Notes under the pieces: generated by a model
Told to the model about the DNA's origin: nothing
Databases searched by the model: none
The model's input: the letters and a program-made list of their open reading frames with translations, nothing else
Shown here: piece after piece, positions 27,963 to 37,494 of the stretch
Layout: the number at the start of each line of letters is the position of its first letter
How positions within the stretch are numbered: the first letter of the stretch is position 1
Program-made: the position numbers and the translations under genes
Source of the DNA: Bacteroidia bacterium
GTDB lineage: Bacteria; Bacteroidota; Bacteroidia; NS11-12g; UBA9320
Direction of reading: 5' to 3'
Length of the DNA stretch: 64,000 nucleotides
Assembly (NCBI GenBank): GCA_965216465.1
Contig: CBDCFW010000001.1
Location: 1-64,000, forward strand

Positions 27963-28900
27963 TACAGAATAACAATCTTCCTTCTCAACACCCCTTTAGA
28001 CGTATGAAGTTGAACAACATGCAAACCTTTCAAACTTCCTAATTTGATTGAGTGATCCTTAGGCACGGTAGTCAACACGAGTTGGCCATTACCATTGTAT
28101 ATTTCAACATACTTCAACTCAACATCAGCACCACATTCCACATGCAAGACTTCAGAAGCCGGATTTGGATATAGCTTAACATCTGTTGCAAACAACTCTA
28201 TTCCAGCGGTTTGCCCTCTGTACATGGAGTCAATTTGCTGGTCAGAAAGTGCACAACCAAATATCTTGATATCATCCATACTTCCTTCGTAATCATCATT
28301 TGGATTGCTGTTTAAATTTCGACCTACTCGGAAAAATCCTGGCTTTGTATCCCACGATTTAGCAGCAACAGCCTCTAATTTTCCATTAAGGTATGTTTTT
28401 GCACTGTCTCCATCGTAGGTCGTCGCTAAAAAGAACCATTCATTTAATGGGTAATCGATTAAAAAGCCGTGGTCGTGGCTTTGTCCCCATGCAAAATGGC
28501 GCATAGCCTTACTCCCTTTAAAGTCTAAATTAGTACCCAAAGCAACGCCATAGGCTCCTGCTTGGGAAGTATTTCCCCAAACAACCGGTACGTCCGAATC
28601 TGGATTTACCTCTAAGTACAGCCACATGCTTAAGGTACGGTCTTCGTCTCCAACGGGTAACGAGTCATAGTCTCCCGTCATGTAGTCTCCTCCGGAAAAT
28701 TTGTAGGCACTGTTGCCATTACCATTTCGGTCGGTCGTAAGTGTTGCTCCATTGTTTGTTAGGTGATTCGCATTGGAAGTCAAATCATCTGTATTTCCAT
28801 CAAAAGCATAATGATGAATTAGACATGGACTTTGTGCATAAGCAGAAAAACTGAGCATAGCACAAAACAGGAGATTGAAGGTAATTTTGATAGTTTTCAT
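27962..28900 (-). CDS. LamG / concanavalin-A-like jellyroll protein with T9SS type A CTD
   Basis: YAFDGN, TDRNGNGNSAYKF, WFFLATTYDG, GSMDDIKIFGCALS; LYPNPA. Confidence 0.9.
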   Translation of the reverse strand: MKTIKITFNLLFCAMLSFSAYAQSPCLIHHYAFDGNTDDLTSNANHLTNNGATLTTDRNGNGNSAYKFSGGDYMTGDYDSLPVGDEDRTLSMWLYLEVNPDSDVPVVWGNTSQAGAYGVALGTNLDFKGSKAMRHFAWGQSHDHGFLIDYPLNEWFFLATTYDGDSAKTYLNGKLEAVAAKSWDTKPGFFRVGRNLNSNPNDDYEGSMDDIKIFGCALSDQQIDSMYRGQTAGIELFATDVKLYPNPASEVLHVECGADVELKYVEIYNGNGQLVLTTVPKDHSIKLGSLKGLHVVQLHTSKGVLRRKIVIL

Positions 28901-29035
28901 TAGTCACGAATATATAGAAAACTTAAAATCACAACATCAATTTTAGTCATTTTTACTATTACTTTATATACACATATTTCAGTCTTTCAAATTAAATTTA
29001 CAGCAAACAAGAACTTTTTAACCTATTAATTTATC

Positions 29036-29761
29036 ATGCAATACCAACCTAACCTTAAACGCGAAACCCGCTATGGCGTGCCAGCAGCTGATCAAATTTT
29101 ATACAACCGATTTTATGTCTTAGGTTACTCTTACTACTTTAGGCAAGCTAAGTGGGCCTTAGAAATTATAGGTCCCAAGAATGAAGATGTAGAACGCCTC
29201 GACAATTTCCGTCCCGATTACCGTGTACCAGAACGCTTTAGAGCCGATTTAGTGGATTATAAAAACTCGGGACAAGACCGTGGTCACCTTGTTGCCAGTG
29301 CAAATCAAATTAACTCTGAGATTCAAAACAGCGAAACGTTCCTGCTTTCGAACATGGTTCCACAGGTTCCTCAATTCAATCGAGGTATTTGGAAAAAACT
29401 CGAAGACGCAACGCGTAAGCTCAACAACCAGAGGAGGGTATTAGAAACTTACGTAATCAGTGGCCCGTTGTTTTACTTTGATCAAGAGGTGGTAATGATC
29501 GGTTCAACAGATGAAAATGGTGTTACACTGCCTATTCCTCATGCATTCTTTAAAAGTGTGCTCACCGAAAGTAAAACAGGTACCCTCAATATGTGGTCGT
29601 TTATTATTCCCAATGAAGATGTTGCGGGAAACATTGAAGATTTTAGTGTTTCTACCTCAAAAGTTGAAAAGATTGCAGGCATACATCTGTGGCAAAACCT
29701 AACAGGTACCAAAATCAAACGTAAGAAGAATGCGGTAAAGAAGATGTGGAAGTATCAATAG
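29036..29761 (+). CDS. DNA/RNA non-specific endonuclease (NucA/EndoG family)
   Basis: DRGHL active site; ETFLLSNMVPQ, FNRGIWKKLE; no signal peptide. Confidence 0.92.
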   Translation: MQYQPNLKRETRYGVPAADQILYNRFYVLGYSYYFRQAKWALEIIGPKNEDVERLDNFRPDYRVPERFRADLVDYKNSGQDRGHLVASANQINSEIQNSETFLLSNMVPQVPQFNRGIWKKLEDATRKLNNQRRVLETYVISGPLFYFDQEVVMIGSTDENGVTLPIPHAFFKSVLTESKTGTLNMWSFIIPNEDVAGNIEDFSVSTSKVEKIAGIHLWQNLTGTKIKRKKNAVKKMWKYQ

Positions 29762-29820
29762 AGTAACACGTAGTCCTTTATTATGCTATTCCGTACATTC
29801 GTGTCATTACCTCAATAGTA

Positions 29821-32034
29821 ATGAACAGAACATTCCTAATTATTCTACTCAGCGTTTTAACATTTTCTGCCAATGCTCAGCATCCCAGTTACTCTCCTAA
29901 ACAAAGTGCCCAGCTGGATTTATTTCTAACCTATCCCGAAAGTTTTGATTCTTCTCAGCTTGTATCGACTGTAATTGATGGTGAAACATACATTCATTTT
30001 TTGATGGAAGTCAGCCCCCAACTAGAAACTCAGGAATTACTCGATTTAAATGTTAAGATTGGCACAAAGGCAGGTGCTATTTGGACAGCTCTAGTTCCAC
30101 GAAGTAAAATTCTAGAAGTTTCAAATCTTCAAGGCGTATTGTATCTAGAGCTTGACCGTCCGGTGTGTATGAGTATGGATAGAGCACTTGAAGTAACCCA
30201 CGGTGACTCGGCTCATCAAGGAATTAATCTTCCTCATCCCTTAAGTGGCAAAGGAGTTGTGGTTGGAATAGTTGATGCTGGATTTGAATACATGCACCCT
30301 ACTTTCTACGACACATCTGGAATCAAATACCGTGTGTCAAGAATCTGGGAACAAAAGAAGTCAGGCACTCCTCCTGCCGGTTATTCGTATGGCAATGAAA
30401 TAACAGATAGCAATGCGATGCGGGATTCGCTTACTGATACTGAATTTAGTCACGGCACTCACGTTGGAGGTATTGCGGCAGGTTCAGGTTTTGGAGTTGC
30501 TGATGACCGCACAAAAGGTTTTGCCTTTGAAAGCGAACTGGTGCTGGTGGGAATTCGTCCTGAAGAAAATGAATGGACAAGTACTGGAATGGCATCTATA
30601 ATTGATGGGGCCAAATATGTTTTCGATTATGCCGAATCGGTAGGAAAGCCTGCTGTGGTAAATTTAAGCTGGGGCGGATCAACTGGAGCCAATGACGGCA
30701 GTTCACTCTTCGCACGTGCCCTTGAAGCGATTACAGGCCCTGGAAAAATATTTGTTATAAGTGCAGGTAACAACGGAGGAAGTGCTCTTCATATGGCCAA
30801 AAGCTTTACAAGTCAAGACACACTGATGCACAGTTTTCAAGATTTTGGTTTTAAAAACAGCAACGATACCAAAAGAACATGGATTGACCTGTGGGCAGAA
30901 AAAGACCAAGATTTTTGTATTCAGTACGCACTCTATGTGGGGAGAGACTCTAGCAATCATTCGCCCTGGTATTGTCTTAATTATAGTAACGAAGTAACTT
31001 ATCTCGTTGGTTCTGATGGCGATACCTGCAAAATTTTATTGAGCCGAAGAGAAAAGGATTTTAACGGCAAACCGCATATGTTATTGGACATTCACAACGA
31101 TTCACGTGATATGTTTTCCATTAAGGTTAAGTCAGTGAATGCTGATTTGCATGTATGGTCATACTTCGTTTATGAGTATGTCGGATACGACGGCAGATTT
31201 AGGCAACATATTGGCATGGGAAATTCAGTAGGAGATGATAAGTATTCTCTTGGAACTATGGCTTGTGCAAACAATGCAATCACAGTAGCTGCTTATTCGT
31301 CAAGGTCAGTATTTACGAATATTTCAGGACAAAATATTTCACTAGCTGGAGCTGGTAATGAAGGTGAAATAACTACTTTTTCGAGTTATGGTCCGACCAC
31401 CAATCACCGTATAAAACCTAACATCAGCTCGCCTGGAATGGTACTAAACTCTGGAGTTAGCAAGCACGACCCTGACAATTTGCAAGGAGGCTCGCGGTAT
31501 GTTTATGTAGCAGACAAAGTAAACTTTAAGGACGAAGATTTTTACTATGCCTACTCGCTAGGTACTTCCATGGCGTCTCCCGTAGTTAGCGGCATTGTTG
31601 CACTAATGCTCGAGGTTAATCCGGAGTTAACTCCGGGTTTGGCAATGGATATCATTCACAGTACCGCTATTAGAGATTCGTTCACAACCCAAAACCCCGA
31701 CTCCTCGCATTGGGGATACGGCAAAGTGAATGCCTATGCTGCTGTATTAATGGCTTTAGACAAGGTTTCAGTGGAAGAGCTTGAGGTTAACAATGGTTAT
31801 AAATTATACCCAAACCCTGCTCAATATAGCTTCACGATTCAAAGCGAACAAATGATTAAGTGCCCCAAGATTTCAGTTTATAGCGTAAAGGGAGAAATTG
31901 TATTTGAACAAGACTACGCCAACCATCAAAATGAGCTGAAGATTGAATTACCACCAGATATTTCTTCTGGCATGTATTTGGTTTGTTTGTCACGTGAAGG
32001 TGAACGCAAATTCTTCAAGCTCATAGTGGACTGA
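29821..32034 (+). CDS. S8 subtilisin-like serine protease with T9SS type A CTD
   Basis: Catalytic triad motifs GIVDAG, HGTHVGG and GTSMASP; LYPNPA CTD. Confidence 0.93.
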   Translation: MNRTFLIILLSVLTFSANAQHPSYSPKQSAQLDLFLTYPESFDSSQLVSTVIDGETYIHFLMEVSPQLETQELLDLNVKIGTKAGAIWTALVPRSKILEVSNLQGVLYLELDRPVCMSMDRALEVTHGDSAHQGINLPHPLSGKGVVVGIVDAGFEYMHPTFYDTSGIKYRVSRIWEQKKSGTPPAGYSYGNEITDSNAMRDSLTDTEFSHGTHVGGIAAGSGFGVADDRTKGFAFESELVLVGIRPEENEWTSTGMASIIDGAKYVFDYAESVGKPAVVNLSWGGSTGANDGSSLFARALEAITGPGKIFVISAGNNGGSALHMAKSFTSQDTLMHSFQDFGFKNSNDTKRTWIDLWAEKDQDFCIQYALYVGRDSSNHSPWYCLNYSNEVTYLVGSDGDTCKILLSRREKDFNGKPHMLLDIHNDSRDMFSIKVKSVNADLHVWSYFVYEYVGYDGRFRQHIGMGNSVGDDKYSLGTMACANNAITVAAYSSRSVFTNISGQNISLAGAGNEGEITTFSSYGPTTNHRIKPNISSPGMVLNSGVSKHDPDNLQGGSRYVYVADKVNFKDEDFYYAYSLGTSMASPVVSGIVALMLEVNPELTPGLAMDIIHSTAIRDSFTTQNPDSSHWGYGKVNAYAAVLMALDKVSVEELEVNNGYKLYPNPAQYSFTIQSEQMIKCPKISVYSVKGEIVFEQDYANHQNELKIELPPDISSGMYLVCLSREGERKFFKLIVD

Positions 32035-32055
32035 TAATATCTTACATTGTCTCGT

Positions 32056-32083
32056 AAAAAAAGGCCTCGAAAGAGGCCTTTAA
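32056..32083. terminator. bidirectional terminator between convergent genes
   Basis: aaaaaaaggcctc-gaaa-gaggccttt. Confidence 0.85.
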
Positions 32084-32103
32084 ATAAGGTTATTTGTTAA
32101 ATA

Positions 32104-33360
32104 CTAATCAAGTATTACTGTGGTGATATAGCCATATTCATTTGAGTTCCAGTCAGCATGATCAGATACTGATTGACCAACCATTCCAACGGTATAAGTT
32201 CCAGCAGCTAAACCGGTTATTACACCATTCATTGCAAATGGTATTCGCGTATTTTGCGGGATTCGTAAGCCATAGGTTCCACCTCCAATTGTACTCGGTG
32301 TTGTAGCTGTGCTGCTCTTATATCCAATCCATAATCTTAAATCAGAAGCTCCTCCTGTAGCAGTAGTTCCTAATGATTTAGACACTACAACCATTATCTT
32401 TTGACCTGCCGTAATTGTAACGGTTCGCGTAGGGCCAATAAACGCTTTTGTTGCAGTTACTCCACTACCATTTGATGCGGAGTAGGCTGGTGTTGGGTCA
32501 TATTTGGATAAATCAATGGTACCAGAACCTCCAGAGATTGACAATGTATTTCCAGAGAGTGCTAAATTTTGAATCTCATTGCTCGCGTCGTCGTCATTAT
32601 CAATAGCATAATCTCCTAAATAAACGTGACCGCCATTGCTTAGGTAAAGGGTATCTCCACTAAAGCTGATAGCTTGAATCTCATTTTGTGGATCTGGATC
32701 TGTATCAATTTTATAATTACCTAAATAAACTGATCCTCCATTACTTAAGTATAGGGTGTCGTTGTTAAAGCTTAACGCTTGAATTTCATTAGTTGCATCT
32801 GCATCATTGTCTATAGCATAATCTCCGAGATAAATTTGACCACCATTGCTTAGATAAAGCGTATCGTTGCTAAAGTTTAATACTTGAATCTCATTTACTG
32901 GATCGGCATCGTCATCAATAACATGGTCGATTATAGAAGAGTCTGCTAATTGCGCATGATTACTTGTATTGGAATGCATTGCATAAGGAACACTTAACAA
33001 TTGTGATGTGCCCATTACAGCATACGAAGTACCACCATCAATATCTATGGCTGTTTCGATGAAATAAGGGCCATTAGACCAGTCGATTGCACTAAAGTCA
33101 TCCGTCGTTGTTCCAGTTCCTATATCCATGCTTACCAAGCCAAAGGCGTTTGATGTTGGTCTAAACTCTTCCTGGTAGATTGCTGGTCCTGTAACAGACC
33201 CTTTTAAGATTGACAGTCGAAAACCAACTGCAGTGTTTTTTAAAATGTTGTTTGAGGCATCGCGTACCATTGCTTGATACTTTATCGCCTCGGGTGCCTG
33301 TGCAAAAGCCGCAATTGAGAAACAAAAGAACAGGGTTAGTAATAATGATAACTTTTTCAT
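32104..33360 (-). CDS. secreted fibre/adhesin-like protein with 35-aa tandem repeats
   Basis: N-terminal QAPEAIKYQAMVRD...QLLSVPYA module typical of Bacteroidota fibre-like proteins; DxDxxNEIQ repeats; beta-rich tip domain. Confidence 0.75.
   Translation of the reverse strand: MKKLSLLLTLFFCFSIAAFAQAPEAIKYQAMVRDASNNILKNTAVGFRLSILKGSVTGPAIYQEEFRPTSNAFGLVSMDIGTGTTTDDFSAIDWSNGPYFIETAIDIDGGTSYAVMGTSQLLSVPYAMHSNTSNHAQLADSSIIDHVIDDDADPVNEIQVLNFSNDTLYLSNGGQIYLGDYAIDNDADATNEIQALSFNNDTLYLSNGGSVYLGNYKIDTDPDPQNEIQAISFSGDTLYLSNGGHVYLGDYAIDNDDDASNEIQNLALSGNTLSISGGSGTIDLSKYDPTPAYSASNGSGVTATKAFIGPTRTVTITAGQKIMVVVSKSLGTTATGGASDLRLWIGYKSSTATTPSTIGGGTYGLRIPQNTRIPFAMNGVITGLAAGTYTVGMVGQSVSDHADWNSNEYGYITTVILD
32527..32916 (-). 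repeat. intragenic tandem repeat, 105-bp unit, about 3.7 copies
   Basis: ttgaat(c/t)tcatt recurs at 32569, 32674, 32779 and 32884; encodes DxDxDxxNEIQxLxFxxDTLYLSNGGxxYLGxYxI. Confidence 0.9.
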
Positions 33361-33362
33361 AA

Positions 33363-33827
33363 TTATTGGATTTTGATAAACTTAATTGATTGAACTTGTT
33401 GAAGGTCTTTCTGAATTAGAATAGAATAGCCTCCTTTAGCTAATTCCTGAACCGGAATTTGTGTAATTGGACCAGATAGGTCTCCCTCTAAGATCAACTT
33501 ACCAAAACTGTCATAAATACGATAACTCAATTGAGTCCACACCTCTGTTTGAAGGTGCAAAACGTCATTTGCAGGATTAGGATAAACAGCGATGTCATAT
33601 GAAGTTATGTACTCCTTTACTCCTACTGTTCTCCACGAAATTTGTTGGAAACCTTGGGTAATAATCGACGACCCATCTGTTTCTGTTGTTGTGACTGTTT
33701 CACCAATGGTAAAATCAAGAATAGCGTCAGAGCTTGAATAAGAATCTCCCTGACTGGCAATCACGTCTTGTGCTGATGCCGAAATACATGCAATTAAAAA
33801 AAAGCATAGAACGAAAAGTTGCTTCAT
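33363..33827 (-). CDS. small T9SS type A CTD protein, operonic with the fibre-like gene
   Basis: QDVIASQG...FTIGE...TQGFQQ, then VYPNPA; 2 bp from the next gene. Confidence 0.88.
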   Translation of the reverse strand: MKQLFVLCFFLIACISASAQDVIASQGDSYSSSDAILDFTIGETVTTTETDGSSIITQGFQQISWRTVGVKEYITSYDIAVYPNPANDVLHLQTEVWTQLSYRIYDSFGKLILEGDLSGPITQIPVQELAKGGYSILIQKDLQQVQSIKFIKIQ

Positions 33828-34027
33828 GGCAATAAGGTTAGTTGGTTAGGACCTTTGAAGTTACCCTTTTTACGATGTTTAAGCAAATTTAACCGCTGAG
33901 AAAATACCTTTCAAAAGCAAGGTTTAGAACTAAACCTCTAGAAATCTGCAAGTTGTCTAAAACTGAGAATTAATCCTAAACTGGTGCTATTCTGTAATTA
34001 CAACGAGAATTTTACTTAGTTTTTAGA

Positions 34028-34576
34028 TTAAGGTATTCTCACATAATCAGACTTAAGAAGTCCAAACACCTGTGAATCTTCGATAGCTTTTTCGGTTTTA
34101 TAATGAGATCGCAGATGACCTTCTTTCTCGAATCCTAGTTTTGATACCAACTTTAGTGAAGCATCGTTTGTGGGAGAAATAAATGCCTCAATTCGATTAA
34201 GATTCATTACATCAAACCCATAGTTCACAACCGCCTTTAGTGCCTCAGTCATTAGTCCTTGTTGCTTAAAGTTATCGTCAACTAAATGATAGCCTATCTC
34301 TGCCCGATGGTGATCAATATACCACGTGTGATATCCGCACCATCCGATTACCGCTTTACTTTCTTTGTCTATCATTTGAAAGAAAAGTATCTTCTTGTTA
34401 AATGTCGTGAAACCTCCCTTGTGTCTAAAAATAGCCGTTTCTAATTCTTTCGTGCTTTTGGTCCCTAGAAACTTAATAAGATCAACCGTTTCATAGTTCT
34501 CATGAACAAAGTTCAATACATTTTCGTCTACTTTACGCAGTAGTAGTCGAGATGTTTCTAAATAACTGAATTCCAT
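34028..34576 (-). CDS. GNAT N-acetyltransferase, RimJ/RimL family
   Basis: LETSRLLLR, AEIGY, GLMTEAL, NDASLKLVSKLGFEKEG. Confidence 0.92.
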   Translation of the reverse strand: MEFSYLETSRLLLRKVDENVLNFVHENYETVDLIKFLGTKSTKELETAIFRHKGGFTTFNKKILFFQMIDKESKAVIGWCGYHTWYIDHHRAEIGYHLVDDNFKQQGLMTEALKAVVNYGFDVMNLNRIEAFISPTNDASLKLVSKLGFEKEGHLRSHYKTEKAIEDSQVFGLLKSDYVRIP

Positions 34577-34585
34577 GCCTGCACG

Positions 34586-35911
34586 TTAATTTATTCTTTC
34601 GTTCATTTGTTCTAATGACACTCCCTTTGTTTCAGGAACTTTAAGTTTAACCCATACCAATTGCAACATCATCATCAACGCAAAGAATCCAAAAATATAA
34701 GCGGGTTGAACACGCTCAACTACTATTGGAAATACTAAGGTTAGACTTGCAGCAAATAACCAATGGGTAAAGCTTCCCAAAGCTTGACCACTTGAACGAT
34801 GTTTGTTTGGAAATATCTCCCCAATAAAAACCCAAATTACGGCTCCCTGTCCTACTGCATGAGCCGCTATAAATGCAAAGATGCAATACGGAACAATGCC
34901 GAAATATTCAAAATGAAAAGCCCAAGCACAAAGTCCTAGTGACAAAATGTATCCAACAGAACCTAGATACAATAACGTCTTTCTACCCCAATGATCAATT
35001 AACCGTAGGCCTACCAGTGTAAAAACTAAATTAACTGCTCCTATGCCAATAGATTGTAGTAGTGCTGATGATGCTCCTAATCCTGTTAGTTCAAAGATTC
35101 GAGGTGCGAAGTAGAGTATGGCATTAATACCCGACAACTGGTTAAATACAGCAATCAGGATAGCCAATGAAATAGGTTTCACCAACGCCTTACTGAAAAA
35201 GCCAGCTTTTTCTTGGCTCTGGTCGCTTGATTTTCGAATTTCATCAACAATTAGGTTCACCTCATGTTCTGAAGCAAATGGATTTATTCTTTGGAGTGTT
35301 TGGGTTGCTTTACTGAGGTCTCTTTGGTTTACTATTAACCATCTTGGACTTTCAGGAAGACCTATGGTCAAAAACACATAGGCAATGGCTGGTACGGCTT
35401 CCACACCTAACATCCATCTCCAGGCTGTACTTCCCACCTCACCTAGCAGAGCATTCGACAAGAAGGCGAGTAATATTCCAAGAACTATATTGAATTGGAA
35501 CAAACCTGTAAGCCTTCCTCGCTCTTTAGCTGGGGCAATTTCTGATATAAACAATGGTGCCGCTACTGTTGAAACACCTATGCCTAATCCACCTAAGAAT
35601 CGAAATAGCATGAAAGAGTATACCTCAGGAGCTAAGGCAGAGCCAATGGCTGATATCAGATACAAGAAGCCAATTAGTATTAAAGTTTTTCTACGGCCGA
35701 GCTTTTCTGAAGGTAATCCTCCAACCAAAGCACCAAACAATGTGCCCCACAATGCCATGCTAATTGCTAATCCGTGCATTCCTCCGCTTAGTTGCCAAAG
35801 TGACTGAATAGTTTGCTCAGCCCCGGAGATTACCACGGTATCGAACCCAAACAACAATCCCGCTAATGAAGCAACGGCTGCACTTTTATATACGTGTACG
35901 TGTTTTTTCAT
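34586..35911 (-). CDS. MFS sugar porter (XylE/GalP-like)
   Basis: GLLFGFDTVVISG, EIAPAKERG, PESPRWL, NQLSGINAILYFAP, PETKG. Confidence 0.95.
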   Translation of the reverse strand: MKKHVHVYKSAAVASLAGLLFGFDTVVISGAEQTIQSLWQLSGGMHGLAISMALWGTLFGALVGGLPSEKLGRRKTLILIGFLYLISAIGSALAPEVYSFMLFRFLGGLGIGVSTVAAPLFISEIAPAKERGRLTGLFQFNIVLGILLAFLSNALLGEVGSTAWRWMLGVEAVPAIAYVFLTIGLPESPRWLIVNQRDLSKATQTLQRINPFASEHEVNLIVDEIRKSSDQSQEKAGFFSKALVKPISLAILIAVFNQLSGINAILYFAPRIFELTGLGASSALLQSIGIGAVNLVFTLVGLRLIDHWGRKTLLYLGSVGYILSLGLCAWAFHFEYFGIVPYCIFAFIAAHAVGQGAVIWVFIGEIFPNKHRSSGQALGSFTHWLFAASLTLVFPIVVERVQPAYIFGFFALMMMLQLVWVKLKVPETKGVSLEQMNERIN

Positions 35912-37371
35912 TTGGCTTTGGAGTTATGCAAAAAGATTGGAGAAGGCTTGGTATCTCCCTTTATTTTATAATCTTGGATCTCAAAATTGCTTACATCGTC
36001 AAATACAATTGCTGGCCGATAATCGTTGTTACGAACTTTCAGTTTAAGGTTAGTGATTGATAACCCTTCAGCATGCCGAACATACAAACCCCAAGCGGGC
36101 AACTCACCAAACATTGAAAATTCAGGGTAATCTCCAGGCAATTCGGGAACGTCTTCAACACGATCAAGAGGTAGGTTAGCGTATGCCATGTGGCCCCTAC
36201 CCGGATAAATTATGCTAATGTTTTCAAGCCTAACATTTTGAATGTTGTAACCCGGAAGTCCAGTTATCGATGAAGGAATAGTATTGTGAAAACCTGGAAC
36301 TACTGGTCCTCTTATTCTATAATATTCATCAGGTGCATGAAACGGAACTTTCACTTTTAAATTTCGAATGACTACATTTTTTAGCGTACCGGGTTGCTTT
36401 GCATTTCTAATCTGTCCGATTCTGAGAAAGAGAGCATTACCTGTATTCTTCGCCCTAATATTCTCAATAAGAATATCTTCCAAAACACCTCCCTGAACGG
36501 CTTCAATCGCAATAGCCGAACGATACGTGTCAAATATTCGAATGTCGTGAATATGTACATTTCTGATGGCACTAACCGATGACGTTCCAAATTTTATTGC
36601 ACTACCGCTCGAACGAATTTTGCAGTTGGCAATTATTATACTGTCGCAATATTCTGTTAAATTCCACTCTTCTGATTTAAGGCAGATACCATCGTCTGAA
36701 GCATTGATATACGAGTTAGTAACCGATACATTTCTACAATCCAGAATATCGAGGCCATCATTGTTCCAATAAGCATCACTATCTACCCAAATGTCATCAA
36801 TTTTAATATTCGTACATTGCTCATAGGTTTGAACCCAACTGGCTGAGTTTCTTATTCGCACTCCAGTAACTTGGATGTTATGGCATTGCATAAACTCAAT
36901 AATTTGTGGACGAATTTGCTCTCTCACCCTTTTTTCTGGAAAGCTGTATTGAGAACTATCAAATCTTCCAGCATAAAACATACTATCCATTTTGAGTGCG
37001 AGTTCAGCACCTTGTCCGTCAATCGTACCTTTGCCAGAAATAGCTACATCTTTTTGTCCATCTGCCAAGATTAAAGCGTTCCAACGGTTCAGACTTTTAT
37101 AGTCATCGAAGTTTGTACTTCCTAATAAATAACCTCCCTTTTCAATATGAAGCTCAACCCCTGAACGTAGAATGATGCTTCCGGTTAGGAATTCTCCTTT
37201 AGGCACTATTACCCTACCTCCTGATTTAGCAACTTGATCTATCGCTTTCTGGATGAATGACGTATTTAGGGTTTGACCATCGCCAACAGCCCCATAATCA
37301 ACAATATTGAGGTCTTGTGCTTGGGTTAAACTAAAAAGAGATAGTAGTAATGTCAGTAAGATTGTTCTCAT
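35908..37371 (-). CDS. glycoside hydrolase family 28 (pectin-lyase-fold) protein
   Basis: YGAVGDG, GTIDGQG, NNDGLD, DDGICLKS; signal peptide from ATG 37371. Confidence 0.9.
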   Translation of the reverse strand: MRTILLTLLLSLFSLTQAQDLNIVDYGAVGDGQTLNTSFIQKAIDQVAKSGGRVIVPKGEFLTGSIILRSGVELHIEKGGYLLGSTNFDDYKSLNRWNALILADGQKDVAISGKGTIDGQGAELALKMDSMFYAGRFDSSQYSFPEKRVREQIRPQIIEFMQCHNIQVTGVRIRNSASWVQTYEQCTNIKIDDIWVDSDAYWNNDGLDILDCRNVSVTNSYINASDDGICLKSEEWNLTEYCDSIIIANCKIRSSGSAIKFGTSSVSAIRNVHIHDIRIFDTYRSAIAIEAVQGGVLEDILIENIRAKNTGNALFLRIGQIRNAKQPGTLKNVVIRNLKVKVPFHAPDEYYRIRGPVVPGFHNTIPSSITGLPGYNIQNVRLENISIIYPGRGHMAYANLPLDRVEDVPELPGDYPEFSMFGELPAWGLYVRHAEGLSITNLKLKVRNNDYRPAIVFDDVSNFEIQDYKIKGDTKPSPIFLHNSKAK

Positions 37372-37494
37372 TCTAAGCGAAATACTCGTTTTGATTTGCA
37401 AGTTAATCAATATTTCAAATTTGAGAGTTTGTAATTATTTCATGTTATGAGTTGGTATTAATGAACTTGCACGACAACCAAACGAGGATTAGAT

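Noticed and set aside
32527-32916. Regularly spaced repeats as a possible CRISPR array
   Set aside because: The 105-bp units are in-frame coding repeats with synonymous variation, and no cas genes are present.
35118-35807. Plus-strand ORFs of 87 and 140 aa, and similar short track ORFs throughout the window
   Set aside because: Antisense or alternate-frame shadows of well-supported genes.
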